A DNA stretch of 64,000 nucleotides from Octopus bimaculoides (lineage: Eukaryota): contig NC_068986.1 in NCBI RefSeq assembly GCF_001194135.2, positions 114,752,430 through 114,816,429 on the forward strand. The letters are read 5' to 3'. Below, piece by piece: positions 1 to 14,803 of this stretch. The position numbers and the translations under genes are program-made. The notes under the pieces were generated by a model. That model was given only the letters and a program-made list of their open reading frames with translations. It had not been told where the DNA came from and searched no databases. How positions within the stretch are numbered: the first letter of the stretch is position 1; every line of letters begins with the position of its first letter.

Positions 1-46
1 AGCCTTAATTTGTAAGCATGTGGGCAGAGCTAAGGATGATGAAGGA

Positions 47-47
<1 letters not shown>

Positions 48-102
<55 letters not shown>

Positions 103-656
103 TAATTTTTCCATAAAAGCATAGAGCCTCAGGATTGACACGATGGGGTTCAACTGTGTTCTATATGCCCTTCTAAGTAGCAATACTTATAGACTAACCA
201 AATGTAGCAGATTGACAGAATAGTTGGTGTGTCAGACAAAATACCTTTTGGTCTATTCTTAGAGCTCTTTGTTTCTGGGTTCAGATCCCATCAAAGTTGA
301 CTTTGCCTCTCACCCTCTCAGGGTCAATAAAACAAGTTACATTCAAGCACTGGCTTTAATCTAATAAGCTTTCCTTTATATGTGAACCCTAGAGCCATTG
401 TCAAGGTTCAGTAATTTTATGGACTAATGAGACAAAGTTTACGTGCAACTGCATTATAACTCCTGCACTTAATAGAAGGTTGTGGAGGTTGTCAGTTCAA
501 GCCCAGCATGTAGAATCTGGATGAGGGTGTTAATAAGGGGAAGTACCAGTATTAATTAATTTTACTCTAAACAATTAAACTACATTTTTACAGCTGCGAA
601 CACAACAGTTCAATCTAAAATCTAGCAAATAGACACACAGCTTTTGAGATGGGTGC

Positions 657-716
<60 letters not shown>

Positions 717-1147
717 TATTTTAAATTTTATTTATTTTAATATTTTTTATTTAATTTATTTTTATTTCTCTTTTTTTTTTTGGTCTGTTTAATTTCAATT
801 TTTTTTTTCAGATTTTCAATTCATAAGTTGAGGACATTTGGTTGACTCTGATAACTTTTAAAGAAAAATATACACGCACTCATACAAATATATATATATA
901 TACACACACAATGTGTGTGTGTGTATGTATGTGTGTGTATATTTATAGAAGAATCTATGTATATACACTTATATGTACATAGAAATGTACATATTTCAAT
1001 ACGAGTATATACATACATACAAACACACACACATACATATACACAATTGCACTCACACACACATACAAACACACAATATTTGGTGGACTTCCCAAAATGT
1101 GAAGATGTTGAATGCAGGATTAAATACTTTACAATTATTACTATTAC

Positions 1148-1199
<52 letters not shown>

Positions 1200-1200
1200 C
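48..1200. repeat. Representative microsatellites: (TAA)n 48-103, (TTA)n 659-716 and 1133-1198. (TA)n, (CA)n, (TG)n and (GAT)n arrays occur throughout the window, usually flanking N gaps
   Basis: Directly visible. They generate the spurious YIYI, HTHT, CVCV and IIII ORFs in the track. Confidence 0.95.
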
Positions 1201-1805
1201 CATTTCTTTACATTAACTACATCCATATATTATATGTACATATATATAATATATGTATGTTCGTATATGTGTGTTTGTATATAAACATATCCATGCATAT
1301 ACACGTATACATGCATATATATATATATATGCAGTTTCTATGACGATCATTTTAAATCACATTTAAAATAAAAATAAAACATTTTAACTGAAAACTTGAA
1401 ACATGAGAATTGCCATTCTAATTTTTCCAATCAACCCTCCTCCCTTTCACACCACAACACCACTGTTCACCCGCACCTGAACCAACATTATTTAATTGCT
1501 GTTTTTATTATTATTATTACTATTATTATTATTATATCTTCATCCCGCCTTTTTAATTAATCTTCCCCCACCCCACTTCCACTCAAATGTATAAAGAAAA
1601 AAATGGTGAGAATAAAGTAATAAACCAAAGAAAACCAATTCATGGTGGGGTGTGAAGGGGCTGCAAATTTATAGAACAAAATTATCCACATATTTAAATG
1701 ACAAAAAATATTTTAAAAAATTGTATTGAAAAAGACTTAAAAATGATAAATAATTAAAACAAAATATTTGGACAATTTTCTTTTAATTTTGATTTATTAT
1801 TGCTA

Positions 1806-1860
<55 letters not shown>

Positions 1861-3291
1861 NNNNNNNNNNNNNNNNNNNNNNNNNNNNNNNNNNNNNNNN
1901 NNNNNNNNNNNNNNNNNNNNNNNNNNNNNNNNNNNNNNNNNNNNNNNNNNNNNNNNNNNNNNNNNNNNNNNNNNNNNNNNNNNNNNNNNNNNNNNNNNNN
2001 NNNNNNNNNNNNNNNNNNNNNNNNNNNNNNNNNNNNNNNNNNNNNNNNNNNNNNNNNNNNNNNNNNNNNNNNNNNNNNNNNNNNNNNNNNNNNNNNNNNN
2101 NNNNNNNNNNNNNNNNNNNNNNNNNNNNNNNNNNNNNNNNNNNNNNNNNNNNNNNNNNNNNNNNNNNNNNNNNNNNNNNNNNNNNNNNNNNNNNNNNNNN
2201 NNNNNNNNNNNNNNNNNNNNNNNNNNNNNNNNNNNNNNNNNNNNNNNNNNNNNNNNNNNNNNNNNNNNNNNNNNNNNNNNNNNNNNNNNNNNNNNNNNNN
2301 NNNNNNNNNNNNNNNNNNNNNNNNNNNNNNNNNNNNNNNNNNNNNNNNNNNNNNNNNNNNNNNNNNNNNNNNNNNNATAATTAAACCAAACAATGACGCA
2401 ATCTTTTTTCAAAAGAAAGAAAAAAAAAGACAAAAACATTTTTCCTTTTTTTTTTTTGGGTATTTAAAAATAAATGTGAAGAAAAGGAACTATAAACTGG
2501 ACCCCTTCATTAAATGAAGGGTATACAGAGCCAAATTAATTGTTTCTAAATCCCTGCCCCACCAAAAAAAAAAAAAAAAAATCACTCCCGCAAAATCTTG
2601 TTATTTTTTTTTTATACGCCCCACATCCACACAACCACATTCTTCTAAATGGTTGAAGTTAAGTGTTATATAATGTTTGACTGTAAGTGTGTGTATAAAT
2701 TTGATCTTTTTTTGCTAAAACACGGTGCCAACAATATCGGTAAAGCAATATGACTTTGATTTTTAAAATTTTAAAATAATTAAAAGATAAAAACACAAAA
2801 ACACTATGTATATGTGTGTGTGTATGTGCGTGTGTGTGTGTGTGTGTGCATGTGTGTGTGTGTATACACACACGTGTACATATATATATATATCTAAAGT
2901 AAATCTATCACAAGTATGTATATGTGTACATGTATATATGTACATAAGTTTGTGTTTGCATATACATATATAATTTATCACATGTGGATGTGTGGATGTG
3001 TGCATATATAACATCAAGTGTGAATAAGTGTTTACATATTCATATATAGTTTATAATTATGTGTGGCATATTAAAATTATACATGTGCATACTTACACAT
3101 GAATGATTATATATATACATACATACTTCAGTGTACAACATGGGTAGAATACCCAATACACGCAGACATTATTTATCAGTTTGAAGGTGACAGTTCATGG
3201 CACCAATACTACAGTTTCACATTTGTGTATCTTTGTTGTACATAAGTGAGGAACTCAGGTAGCAATGGAATGGTTTAACAGCTGTGACTTC

Positions 3292-3337
<46 letters not shown>

Positions 3338-3347
3338 NNNNNNNNNN

Positions 3348-3392
<45 letters not shown>

Positions 3393-3900
3393 CTTTCATA
3401 CAAGCATTTAAGCATGATATATACATACATTAATTCATATTGAAGTTTTAACATCTTACACAGTTTAAATATACATACTCATGTTAGCAAAATATATGTA
3501 TGTGTATACACACTGAAGTATGCATATTTATCTGCTTGTGTGTGTGAGTATATGCACACATTTTACATGGGTCTTTTACACTCAGTTATACATTGTTTAT
3601 TATATAATTGTGTGTAATGTTTTCTCTCCAAGTGAGCCTTAATTGTTATACTATATAATAATCATTTGGTAAGATACTCTAATAAAAAAAGAAATAACCT
3701 ACACATGTTCACATACAGATATAAGCATACACACACTTTTACATGCTGTCATACACATTCACATATACACTCTTACACACATTCACTCATACCACTACCA
3801 CCTCCTCTTCACTCTCATAAAAAAAACTGATTATACTCCTCTAATACAAGTAGCATCACTAGGCAACAAAGTGACATCATATTAGTACATACACACACGC

Positions 3901-3956
<56 letters not shown>

Positions 3957-4359
3957 NNNNNNNNNNNNNNNNNNNNNNNNNNNNNNNNNNNNNNNNNNNN
4001 NNNNNNNNNNNNNNNNNNNNNNNNNNNNNNNNNNNNNNNNNNNNNNNNNNNNNNNNNNNNNNNNNNNNNNNNNNNNNNNNNNNNNNNNNNNNNNNNNNNN
4101 NNNNNNNNNNNNNNNNNNNNNNNNNNNNNNNNNNNNNNNNNNNNNNNNNNNNNNNNNNNNNNNNNNNNNNNNNNNNNNNNNNNNNNNNNNNNNNNNNNNN
4201 NNNNNNNNNNNNNNNNNNNNNNNNNNNNNNNNNNNNNNNNNNNNNNNNNNNNNNNNNNNNNNNNNNNNNNNNNNNNNNNNNNNNNNNNNNNNNNNNNNNN
4301 NNNNNNNNNNNNNNNNNNNNNNNNNNNNNNNNNNNNNNNNNNNNNNNNNNNNNNNNNNN

Positions 4360-4409
<50 letters not shown>

Positions 4410-6267
4410 TATTTTCAGTCAGCCGAAATCAAACTGGCTGAAATTACAAGTTTGAACAAACACTACCATTTGTATCTTCAGTCAGTTATTTTATACTGTA
4501 CTCCCAGTATTGAATACTTTTTCTCTTGCTCATTATTATTAACATACATATGTGTGTGTGTATGTATATTCTTACATATATGCAACCATATTTGTCCATA
4601 AAAGTGCAAAAAAAAACAAAAAACAAAGCAAAACAAGTTGACAAAACAAAATGTCCATATTTGGAGAGGACTTGTCTGGTGTCACTTCCTGTTGTCCAGC
4701 CCGATACCTGTGTGGAGATTTGTCAGTGTGAGTGGGATGAAGCAGTGTGTTGTCACTTCCATCAGATTGCCTCAAATTTGGTGATAGATCTGTTTTTTTT
4801 TGTTGTTGTTTTTTTTCCTGCAATTTACAATGTTTTTTTGTTCCATTCTCTCTCTATCCCCTCTCTCTTTTGTCCCTCTCTCTCTGTCTCTATCCCCCTC
4901 TCTATCTCTCAATTGGCCTTGTGATGAACTGAACTTTAAAAAATATAAATGAAATATTAAAAAAAAAAATTCTAAAAAGTGGAAAAAAATATGAAAAAAA
5001 TTGAAAAAATATATAAATTCTTTTATTGGAATAAAGATTTCAAGTATTGGAAAAAAATATATCGAAGACTTGGGTGTTTATTTTTTTTCATTAAAAAATT
5101 TTTTTTTATCTCTGTGTGTATGTGAGTGTGAGAGAACACATCAATCACTGCCTGTTTGCTTTCTGCCATTGGTTTTTGTCAGTTTTGTTTAGATAATATT
5201 CACCAGAGTCCTTGCTTTCAGAATTGTTTCTTTTGTCAACAGTATCAACCCTCTCAGTAGCTCTTCTGTTCCACTTGTTATCCCCCTTTTAGTTTTAAAT
5301 TTCAGTTTGTTTAGATGTTTACAAAATTATTAAAACATAATTTTTACTGGGTACAGTTTTTGTCATTTGGAGTGGAGGCAAAGTTACAGGCCACTGCTAA
5401 GTACTACAGCTATGCAGTCAACTGGTAAAATAATCAAATAAGACATTGGATCGCAAATATCTTTCAGTATTTATATCTTTGTTACATAACACATGATCAT
5501 TATCATCAAGTGTAGTATTCCTGGATAGATACTGGATTTGAACTCTCTTCCTTGCACTATCAAGTTGACCTATGAGCCTTGGTGACTTTCTTGACCTGTG
5601 CTGTATACTTTTCATAGAATATTGGAACTAAATTCTCATTGCCTTTCCTACAACTGTTCTTTTTTTGTTTTTTGCAAGATAGCCATCTTGTTGACTGTGG
5701 CCAGTTTTGAAAGGCACAGAAGGAGAATCAATACTAGTATTTGACTGTTGTCTTATTATCTCTTGTAAAAATGAAAAGCTAAGTTGATCTCAGTGAAATT
5801 TGAATGACATTGGCAGGATTTGAACTCAGAACACAATCACAAATATTGTGCTGCTCTACCAATTCTTGTCTGTGAGTGTGTCTTTGACTTGCTAGTGTCA
5901 TAACATTATTTGTAGCTTTACATAAGAGATGCTATGCCAGTCAGCTTAGCTGTATGATAAATACCACCGTTTTTTAAGTAAGACTCTCTTCTCATTACTT
6001 GACCCTTAACAACAACAGTTTCCATTTGATACATCTCACTTGAATAAAAATTAAAACATTGAACTTATGTGATGGTATAAGATACTCAGGTGCACCATAA
6101 TTTCAGTTTCAATATTCAAGAAAAAATAGTTTTTCATGCATTAAAATTAATGGAAGACCCAACTTCATATATAGGATTTGGGGTAATTTTTTTTCTTCTT
6201 TTTGAGATGCATTTGTTTTGAAAAACATTTTATATACCATCAAATACATTGTGGATATGTATATATA

Positions 6268-6313
<46 letters not shown>

Positions 6314-7761
6314 CGAAATAAAAATGGTAATTAAAATGTTTCACAAACTGTAGGAGGAAATGTATAGACTTACAGATTTAGTGTTTTAACAATTTTTCCC
6401 CCAGTGTTTGAGTGGGAGTTAACACCCCCTCCCCACTTCACAAACACAAACTCTCAGTTTTCTTCTCTCTCTTTCTCTCTTCTGGATTGTAAAGAGTGTC
6501 AAATTAAATGCCTAGCAATATAGCAATATTTAAGTCATATCCTTTGACTTCCTGGTTGCAACTTATTAAGATCAACTTCATTCCATTGCTTGAGTGGCTA
6601 AAATAAGTACCAGTAATATGCTGGTTGAGTTAATTGAAACTACATCTTGCCCTTCTAAATGTGTATCATAGCAGTAAAGTTAGAAATCATTATCATTATT
6701 GGATAGCAAACTGGCAGACTAAAAGCTAATGAGCATTTCATCTGGTTCTTTTCATACTGAGTTCAAATCCTGCTGAGGTCTACTTTGGCCTTCATCCTTT
6801 TGGGGTCAATGAAGTAAAACTACCAGTCAAGTACTACTGGTCAATGTAATCAACTTTGCTCTCTTCCCCTAAAATTGATGGCCTTTTGCTACAAATTTTG
6901 AAATTGTTATTTTCAAAGCGTAGTGGTTTTCAGAATTGGTAGGGTGGTAAACAGAATTCCTTGCAGTATTTAGTTTTTGTTCTTTTTATTATTCAGAGTT
7001 CAAATCCCATCAACATCACTTTTACCTTTTAGCCTTCAAGGTTTAATGAAAATTAATTACAGCCAAGTGTGAGCAGCTCTCCTATAAATGTGTGACCCTG
7101 AGCCTCTGTTAGAAGTCAATTGGCAGAACTTGTAGGGGTTTGTCATGGTTAGTTTCATTTGAAGTCAGCTTTGCCTTTTATCCTTCATTAATATAACACT
7201 GATGAGGACTGGGTCTATTTAATTATATGCTGCTCTGCAAGACCAGTGATAGGGTGGCTACGAGTTAATATTAAACCAGACAATGGATTAAGCCTTGAGA
7301 ACAAGTACAGTCATTCAAATGGGCTTCTATTTGTGGCCCTTCAGACAATGTTAGGAATAGTTATTCAGTCAAGTGTGGAAATCAATGATATAATAATCTA
7401 TCTTTCCCTCCTGTCAACTCCTTGTACCTAATCTAGAAGGTATTATAATATGAAGATAAAGCTGATTTTGAGTTAATTAAATGCAGTGAAGGTCAGTGTT
7501 ATTCTTCATTGTAAGGTAGATGATATTCAGTAAAAGTCAAATACAGAAATTCATCTTCTGACATTTCTAATACAAAATCAACTGAAATCACCTGGTTTTG
7601 TGATATAAAACTTTTTTTTTTTTTTGGAAGTGTCCATCTTAAATTTTTGGTAGAAATTTTAGTTATGTTCCAAACAACAGATTACTCATAAACATAATTA
7701 TTTTACTAATTTCTTCCAAATTCTTGATTGCTTTCAAAATTAATTGAAACACAAGTGTATT

Positions 7762-7946
7762 GTTGTTGGCACTTCGTTGCTTACGATATCAAGGGTTCCA
7801 GTTGATCCGATCAACGGAACAGCCTGCTCGTGAAATTAACGTGCAAGTGGCTGAGCACTCCACAGACACGTGTACCCTTAATGTAGTTTTCGGGGATATT
7901 CAGCGTGACACAGTGTGACAAGGCTGACCCTTTGAATTACAGGCAC
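7762..7946 (-). mobile_element. 5'-truncated SINE family B copy with 15-bp TSD
   Basis: Reverse complement of the 3' half of 40679-41056. Direct repeat aaacacaagtgtatt at 7747-7761 and 7947-7961. Confidence 0.88.
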
Positions 7947-8767
7947 AAACACAAGTGTATTTTCTAATAAATACAATCACAAAATGTTTATTCTCTTTTG
8001 TCTCCATATTTCTGTTTAAAAACACTGTCCTTGTTTCAATTAATCTTGAAAATAACGAAGAATTAGTTAAGTAACTTTGTTATTAAGCTGATGTTCAGAA
8101 TATAAATGAATGACATTTTGTTTGGAAGTTTTTAGATCATTTGAGAAAAAGGAAATTTTTACCATAGAAACAAAAGAAATTCTTAGGGCAGGTTAATATC
8201 AAACGAGCTAATCAACTATAAATCTAACAGCCAAATCTGAGGCCTTTTACCTGTGTTACAAAAAGTTGAGATTTGAAGAACCATAAGACTTACACAAAAT
8301 GCTTTGGGGTATTTAGCTACAGCTTTTTATGTTCTGAGTTCAAATCCTGCTTAGGCTGGTTTCACTTTTCACCCTTTCCCCCCGATCAATAAACTAAGTC
8401 AGATATAATTTACTGTTTCTCTTCCCCACAAAGCTTTGAGCCCTTTCTGCTTTAGTTAGAAATCATTATTCTTATTAGTTATTTTAGAGTAATAAATTTT
8501 TCACATTTAAATTATTCCTATCTTCTTTAATATAATTAAGTTAATTTACAGTTTATTTATATTTTTTTAACTTTTTGCCTCTTATAATAATTCATATTGC
8601 TTTCATAATTTTTCAATTGCAAGAATTTAAAATTCCAATTACATTTTGGTTAATTTTCAAGATATATGTGTGAAGAATGAAATTAATTTAATGATTAAGA
8701 AAAGAAATGATCAAAATGGAATTTTAACCCCATTTTCTACAAATGTTTGAACTGGCTTTGCATGTAA

Positions 8768-8805
<38 letters not shown>

Positions 8806-9191
8806 TTTTCTTGTTACATTCTGCACCCACCTCTACCTTTTTTCTTCCTTGCTTGGTTCTAGTCAAACTGTCTGATGTTAGTATTTGTTGTAGTTGCAAT
8901 TATTGTTGTTGTAGTATTTGATAGTAGATTAGTTTTTTAATTTTTGATTTTTTTTTTCTTTTGCTTTTACATACGTGCTTTGTTGTTGTATTTTTTCCTT
9001 CTGGGATTTTTTAAATATTTTTTTTAATTTTGACTTTATTTCTATTTTTGAAACATTTTGACTTCCATGGGGCATCTGTTATTATTATTATTATTATTAT
9101 TATTTATTATTATTATTATTATTATTATTGTTCAGATGCATCTTTGAAAGACAGGCATGTCTGTTTCACACTTTTTATTGTNNNNNNNNNN

Positions 9192-9243
<52 letters not shown>

Positions 9244-10356
9244 TATGTGCATGTGTATTTGTCAAGTGTGCATGTGCAAATATTGGTGTCCCCGTATGAC
9301 TATGGCTGAATAGCTGAAACCACTTAGATGGTGTATATTTGTATAAGTGCATATATATTGTGTGTGCGTGTTTATTTATGTATACGTATGTCAATCTCAT
9401 CATTTTAAGCTTTTTTCCATCCCTGAAAGAAGTCAACATGATTTGCACTTAAACAGAGACAAACTTGCTAACTTTCAGTTTCATATGCCTTAGTGTAGAG
9501 ATTGAGCTTTGCAAAGACAACTGCAAAGCCCCCACCCCCACTCTCTACTCTTTATCAAGTGTTGTTCTTAATTACTCCCATCCAAAACCTGCAACCTCTG
9601 ATCTGATTGATGCTCATTGTCTCACTCACACATTCCCTATTGTATTTTATGACTGAAGGTCCAGTGCAACACCATCGACTTTATAGTTTTTACTGGGTAT
9701 GTTTTGTCATGCCACCCACATGAGAAGTTGTGCCATTCAAAGAGAAGAGAGTCCACTCTCTCCTATATCAGTTTTCGTTTGACCCTTTATTATTTAAACT
9801 GACCCCACATGAGGCACAAATATTCTTCTATTTGTTTAATGTTCAATGTGGTCACATTCAGCCTCTCGTATCTGCTTTACAATGCCATTCTTATTTCTTT
9901 ATTGCCCACAAGGGGCTAAACAGAGAGGGGACAAACACGGACAGACAAAGGGATTCACTCGATTATATCGACCCCAGTGCATAACTGGTACTTATTTAAT
10001 CGACCCTGAAAGGATGAAAGGCTAAGTCGACCTCGGTTTTGGTTGTCTTGCTTATGTAGTTGAACAATGATGATGATGACATATATGTATATACATTTGT
10101 AAGTATGTGTGTGTGTGTGTGTGTGTGTATGTATATGTGCATTAAATAAATATATATATAATATACATGTACTATTTATGTGCATTTCAGTTAAATTTCT
10201 TTTCCATATCCCTCTCCTCTCTGCTCCAAATATTTTTGTTTTATATTTTCTGTGTTACTCCACACACAGATCTTCCATTTACACACCATTATAGTTTAGA
10301 CACCTGGAAATTTTTGGCTTCTTTTTGGTTTGTTTCCCTCCCGTTTTGTGTGTATG

Positions 10357-10413
<57 letters not shown>

Positions 10414-10617
10414 ATATATAATATTGACACCATGTGTGAATAAGACACAAACACACATTCCATCATGTGTATTTGTGTCTGTCCACTTCTCTTTCTGTCT
10501 ATGTGTGTGTGTGTGTGTGTATAAAATCTTACATTCTGCTGTGAAATATCTAATTTTGAATTTAAGAGATGCCATAACCTAATATTTTCTAACCATGAAC
10601 CCCTATTCATTGATTGT

Positions 10618-10652
<35 letters not shown>

Positions 10653-11545
10653 TGTTTAAAATTTGGTTATTCCATTTAGATTCCAATTATGGTCCCTGTC
10701 ATTTTTATTGTCATTGCTTTCAATAAATTCATTGGTTATAAAGTCAATGAAAGAGCTTGTGATCACTTGACTTGCTAGAAATAGCTGTCATCTTAAATCA
10801 TACTCCACTGTCATAGAAAAATTATCAACATGTTGTATAATGCAGTCCTTGATATACAAAAAGGCAGTGAGGTTGTGGTTTATGTGTGTTTTGTCATAGA
10901 TCTGCCTGATGAAAGTTGACTTGTGACATCAGAACTACTAAACAGACGTTATTTACCACTGAAACTCACATTAATAAAATATTCCTGTTGTGTTTTTAAT
11001 CCTTTCATGGTACACTAACTTATAATGTACCAGTTATGTTCTGGTGTTGATTGGGGTTTCTCAAAGCAAAGGCAACAGCTGCTGACTTAACTAATGGTTC
11101 TTCCATATTAAAGTATAGATGAGACTAAAAGGCCAGGAACTGCAGCGATTTTGTGAGGAATGGTGATCCCCAGATGTTATTAGCTTTCGAAGACGTAATA
11201 GGTGGAGTTGTGCCACACACTTTCTATAAATAACAGAATATCTGATCTGTCGATCATCTTGCCAAAAACTTCCTTCTGTGTTACACTTGTTACACGTATT
11301 TTGTGTTGTCATTGTTAGCTACATGTATGAACTGTGGGTACTTTTTCCATTTAGATACAGACAACCTATGATCTCTATATACTGAAAAATCATTATACCT
11401 TTGATCAGTAAATTTTTCTTTGATCAAGAATGAGAACACTTGGCTAGTTTCCTAATTTTCTACTGCTGAATATTTGTTTTATCTTTCTAGTCATTAGTAA
11501 TGTAAGTGTATTAGTTCTTTTTCACAGCAGAAGTAGTGTGTATAT

Positions 11546-11628
<83 letters not shown>

Positions 11629-12657
11629 CATGGAACCTGGTGCAGCCTTCTGGGTTGCCAGTCCTCGTTCAAACCATCCATCCCCATGCCAGCATGGAAA
11701 GCAGACGTTAAACCATGATGATGATGGCGTGCATGTTTATATATGTGTCCTTGTTTGTAGAAACAGGTAGAGAAAAGCAAGTGTTCTGCTGAGTGACAAT
11801 GATACGTTGGAGACATGAGTTTGGAAGAGAGGTTGATATACTGAGTAGAGGACTGATGCTTCATCTGAGGGAGAGAATATCATTTCTTGAACTGATCATA
11901 TAGAAATGTGTGTGTGTCTGTGTGTGTGTAGGTTTCTGTACATATATATATGCATGCACAACTATAAAGATGTGTGTGTATATGTACACAGTACCTTACA
12001 ACCATTGACATAATCTAGTGTTTATGGCATTGAAATTATCCTCTTGGGACACTTGTATATACTGTGTACCATTTGTTCCACAAAAGTCTGTTGTACAACA
12101 GTTAGTACCTGACACTGAAGCCATTTCTCTCTCTCATGTACACACATGAACATCTGTGTTCACACACACACACACACACACACACACATGCACACACACT
12201 CTTATCAGATTCACTGAAGTATCACATATATTAATCAAAAGTAACATACACAGAAAAATATATATTGATACATGCAAACATAGATATATAAGCATACATG
12301 TATGCTTATATTTCCATTGGCAATTCATGAATTGCCAATGCTCCATCATGGCCTTAGACTTGGTAGCTCCAATGAACTAAAGCGCACATATACACATGTG
12401 GCCTACATATACTTACCTAAATATACAGGTGCACACACACACACACACACACACATACATCAACCAGTGCTCTCCATCAAAATGAAAACTAATGTTTAAT
12501 TCACAAAACAATATTTCCTGACAAATGATTATTTTGCAAAAACACATCTGGTTTGTTGATAAAAAAAAATGATGTTAATGGTAATAATAATGATCATGAT
12601 AATTTTAAAGAAAACAACAATAACACTGATGATGATGATGATGATAATAATATTGAT

Positions 12658-12699
<42 letters not shown>

Positions 12700-12780
12700 C
12701 TACAATCATATTATATATAAAACGAAAGCCTGATTCCTTTATTTAATGGTATCATTTTGTCGTACTTGCTGTATTGGCAG

Positions 12781-12812
12781 GTTTCTCTAGTTTCGGCTAT
12801 CTGCCAACCCCT
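12781..12812 (+). CDS. msi: Musashi-family gene, internal coding exon (5' part only; runs into gap 12813-13454): (G)FSSFGYLPTP...
   Basis: Acceptor ttttgtcgtacttgctgtattggcAG (AG 12779-12780), then GT TTC TCT AGT TTC GGC TAT CTG CCA ACC CCT. A phase-1 split Gly followed by F-x-x-x-(G)-Y-x-P resembles the vertebrate MSI exon starting G|FPAAAYGP. Short, with no donor visible. Confidence 0.6.
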
Positions 12813-13454
12813 NNNNNNNNNNNNNNNNNNNNNNNNNNNNNNNNNNNNNNNNNNNNNNNNNNNNNNNNNNNNNNNNNNNNNNNNNNNNNNNNNNNNNNNN
12901 NNNNNNNNNNNNNNNNNNNNNNNNNNNNNNNNNNNNNNNNNNNNNNNNNNNNNNNNNNNNNNNNNNNNNNNNNNNNNNNNNNNNNNNNNNNNNNNNNNNN
13001 NNNNNNNNNNNNNNNNNNNNNNNNNNNNNNNNNNNNNNNNNNNNNNNNNNNNNNNNNNNNNNNNNNNNNNNNNNNNNNNNNNNNNNNNNNNNNNNNNNNN
13101 NNNNNNNNNNNNNNNNNNNNNNNNNNNNNNNNNNNNNNNNNNNNNNNNNNNNNNNNNNNNNNNNNNNNNNNNNNNNNNNNNNNNNNNNNNNNNNNNNNNN
13201 NNNNNNNNNNNNNNNNNNNNNNNNNNNNNNNNNNNNNNNNNNNNNNNNNNNNNNNNNNNNNNNNNNNNNNNNNNNNNNNNNNNNNNNNNNNNNNNNNNNN
13301 NNNNNNNNNNNNNNNNNNNNNNNNNNNNNNNNNNNNNNNNNNNNNNNNNNNNNNNNNNNNNNNNNNNNNNNNNNNNNNNNNNNNNNNNNNNNNNNNNNNN
13401 NNNNNNNNNNNNNNNNNNNNNNNNNNNNNNNNNNNNNNNNNNNNNNNNNNNNNN

Positions 13455-13497
<43 letters not shown>

Positions 13498-14803
13498 TCA
13501 TATATATACAAGCATGGAAAAACAGACATTAAACAAATGAATGTTCATATACACACATTCACACACACATTCAAATACACATACGGATGTATGTACATAT
13601 ATACGTGCATATGTGTATATATTAATGTACTCTGATGTATTAAGTACTCATTCTTTATTCTACAGCTTACAAACAGACATATGCACATGGATGTACATTT
13701 ATACATTTGCAATTCACACACATACATTTTTGTCATGTGGTAGGCAAAACTGGATGAAATATCCAAAGATTTAAAGTTACATGCAACCAAACTTATGCTC
13801 AAATGTATCAAATTTTCTTTCAGTCTGCTGATGACTGTTGTCATGCATGAAACCCTCAACTAATGTTCTGTTGTCCTCTTTACCATATATGTAACAAATA
13901 TGTATTTCACTCTACACAGGTCTAACACAATCTGTGTCAAACACTTATTTTTGAACCACAAAATAAATGATGTAAATGTAATACGTGTATGTATGTATGT
14001 ATATATGTGTGCGTATATAGAGGGTGACATTTTATTCATGCATATTTAGTTTCCATTTTTGTTTTTAAAGTTATTTTTATTTATATTTACTGATATATGT
14101 TTTTACCTTATTTTTCTTTTGCATAAGATTTAGAGATTTGATGCATGCACCCTTTCCCAGAAAAGAAAAAAAAATAATAGAGATAATTCTTAAAATAGTT
14201 GCTTATGTGTTGAGGATACCAAATTCTGGTTTCCTGCTGAACAAATTCTAGAGAGTATTTATGACCACCATTAAACACCTTATCTCTAGTACTGGCACTA
14301 CCAAACAAAACAATTTCAGTGAATAAATCAGGAAATTTTCCCCTACTTATTTTAAGATCAAAAATAATTAAAGACCAATGAATTGCCTACACTTCTGCAG
14401 GCACAAGCAAATCCAGCAACCGAAGCCAGTGAAAAAAAGGAATGTACATAAATAGCTTCCACTGCTTCTATCTGCTCTTTTGGCTGTTTTGCCAGTTTGT
14501 GAAAAGTGTAGAGATGCTGTAAAACCACATACTTCTCAACTGTTGTACAATAATTTTCATTGCCTGATTAGTATTTTAATTTACTCTGAAATAAAGCGAA
14601 ACTGCTAACATTTAATGACCCTTTTCTCTGGTTTATATTATGGCAGCTTGTTTAAAGCCTGTTCTTTGCTATGGGTTGAGTTATCTCAATTATATTTAGT
14701 TGCGAACCACTTAAATAGATTGACTTAAAAATCAGTTTAGTTCTTAAGTCTATATAGTTAAATATTATAATTTTGTGTATTGGTGATAAAATATTATCAT
14801 ATA

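Noticed and set aside
10900-10950. Second hammerhead-like motif (cctgatgaaag...)
   Set aside because: The GAAA box is degenerate (agaac) and stem II cannot be paired convincingly.
1-12780. RRM-encoding Musashi exons (RNP1 GFGFVTF, VECKKAQPKE)
   Set aside because: Not found by eye; presumably upstream of the window or inside gaps.
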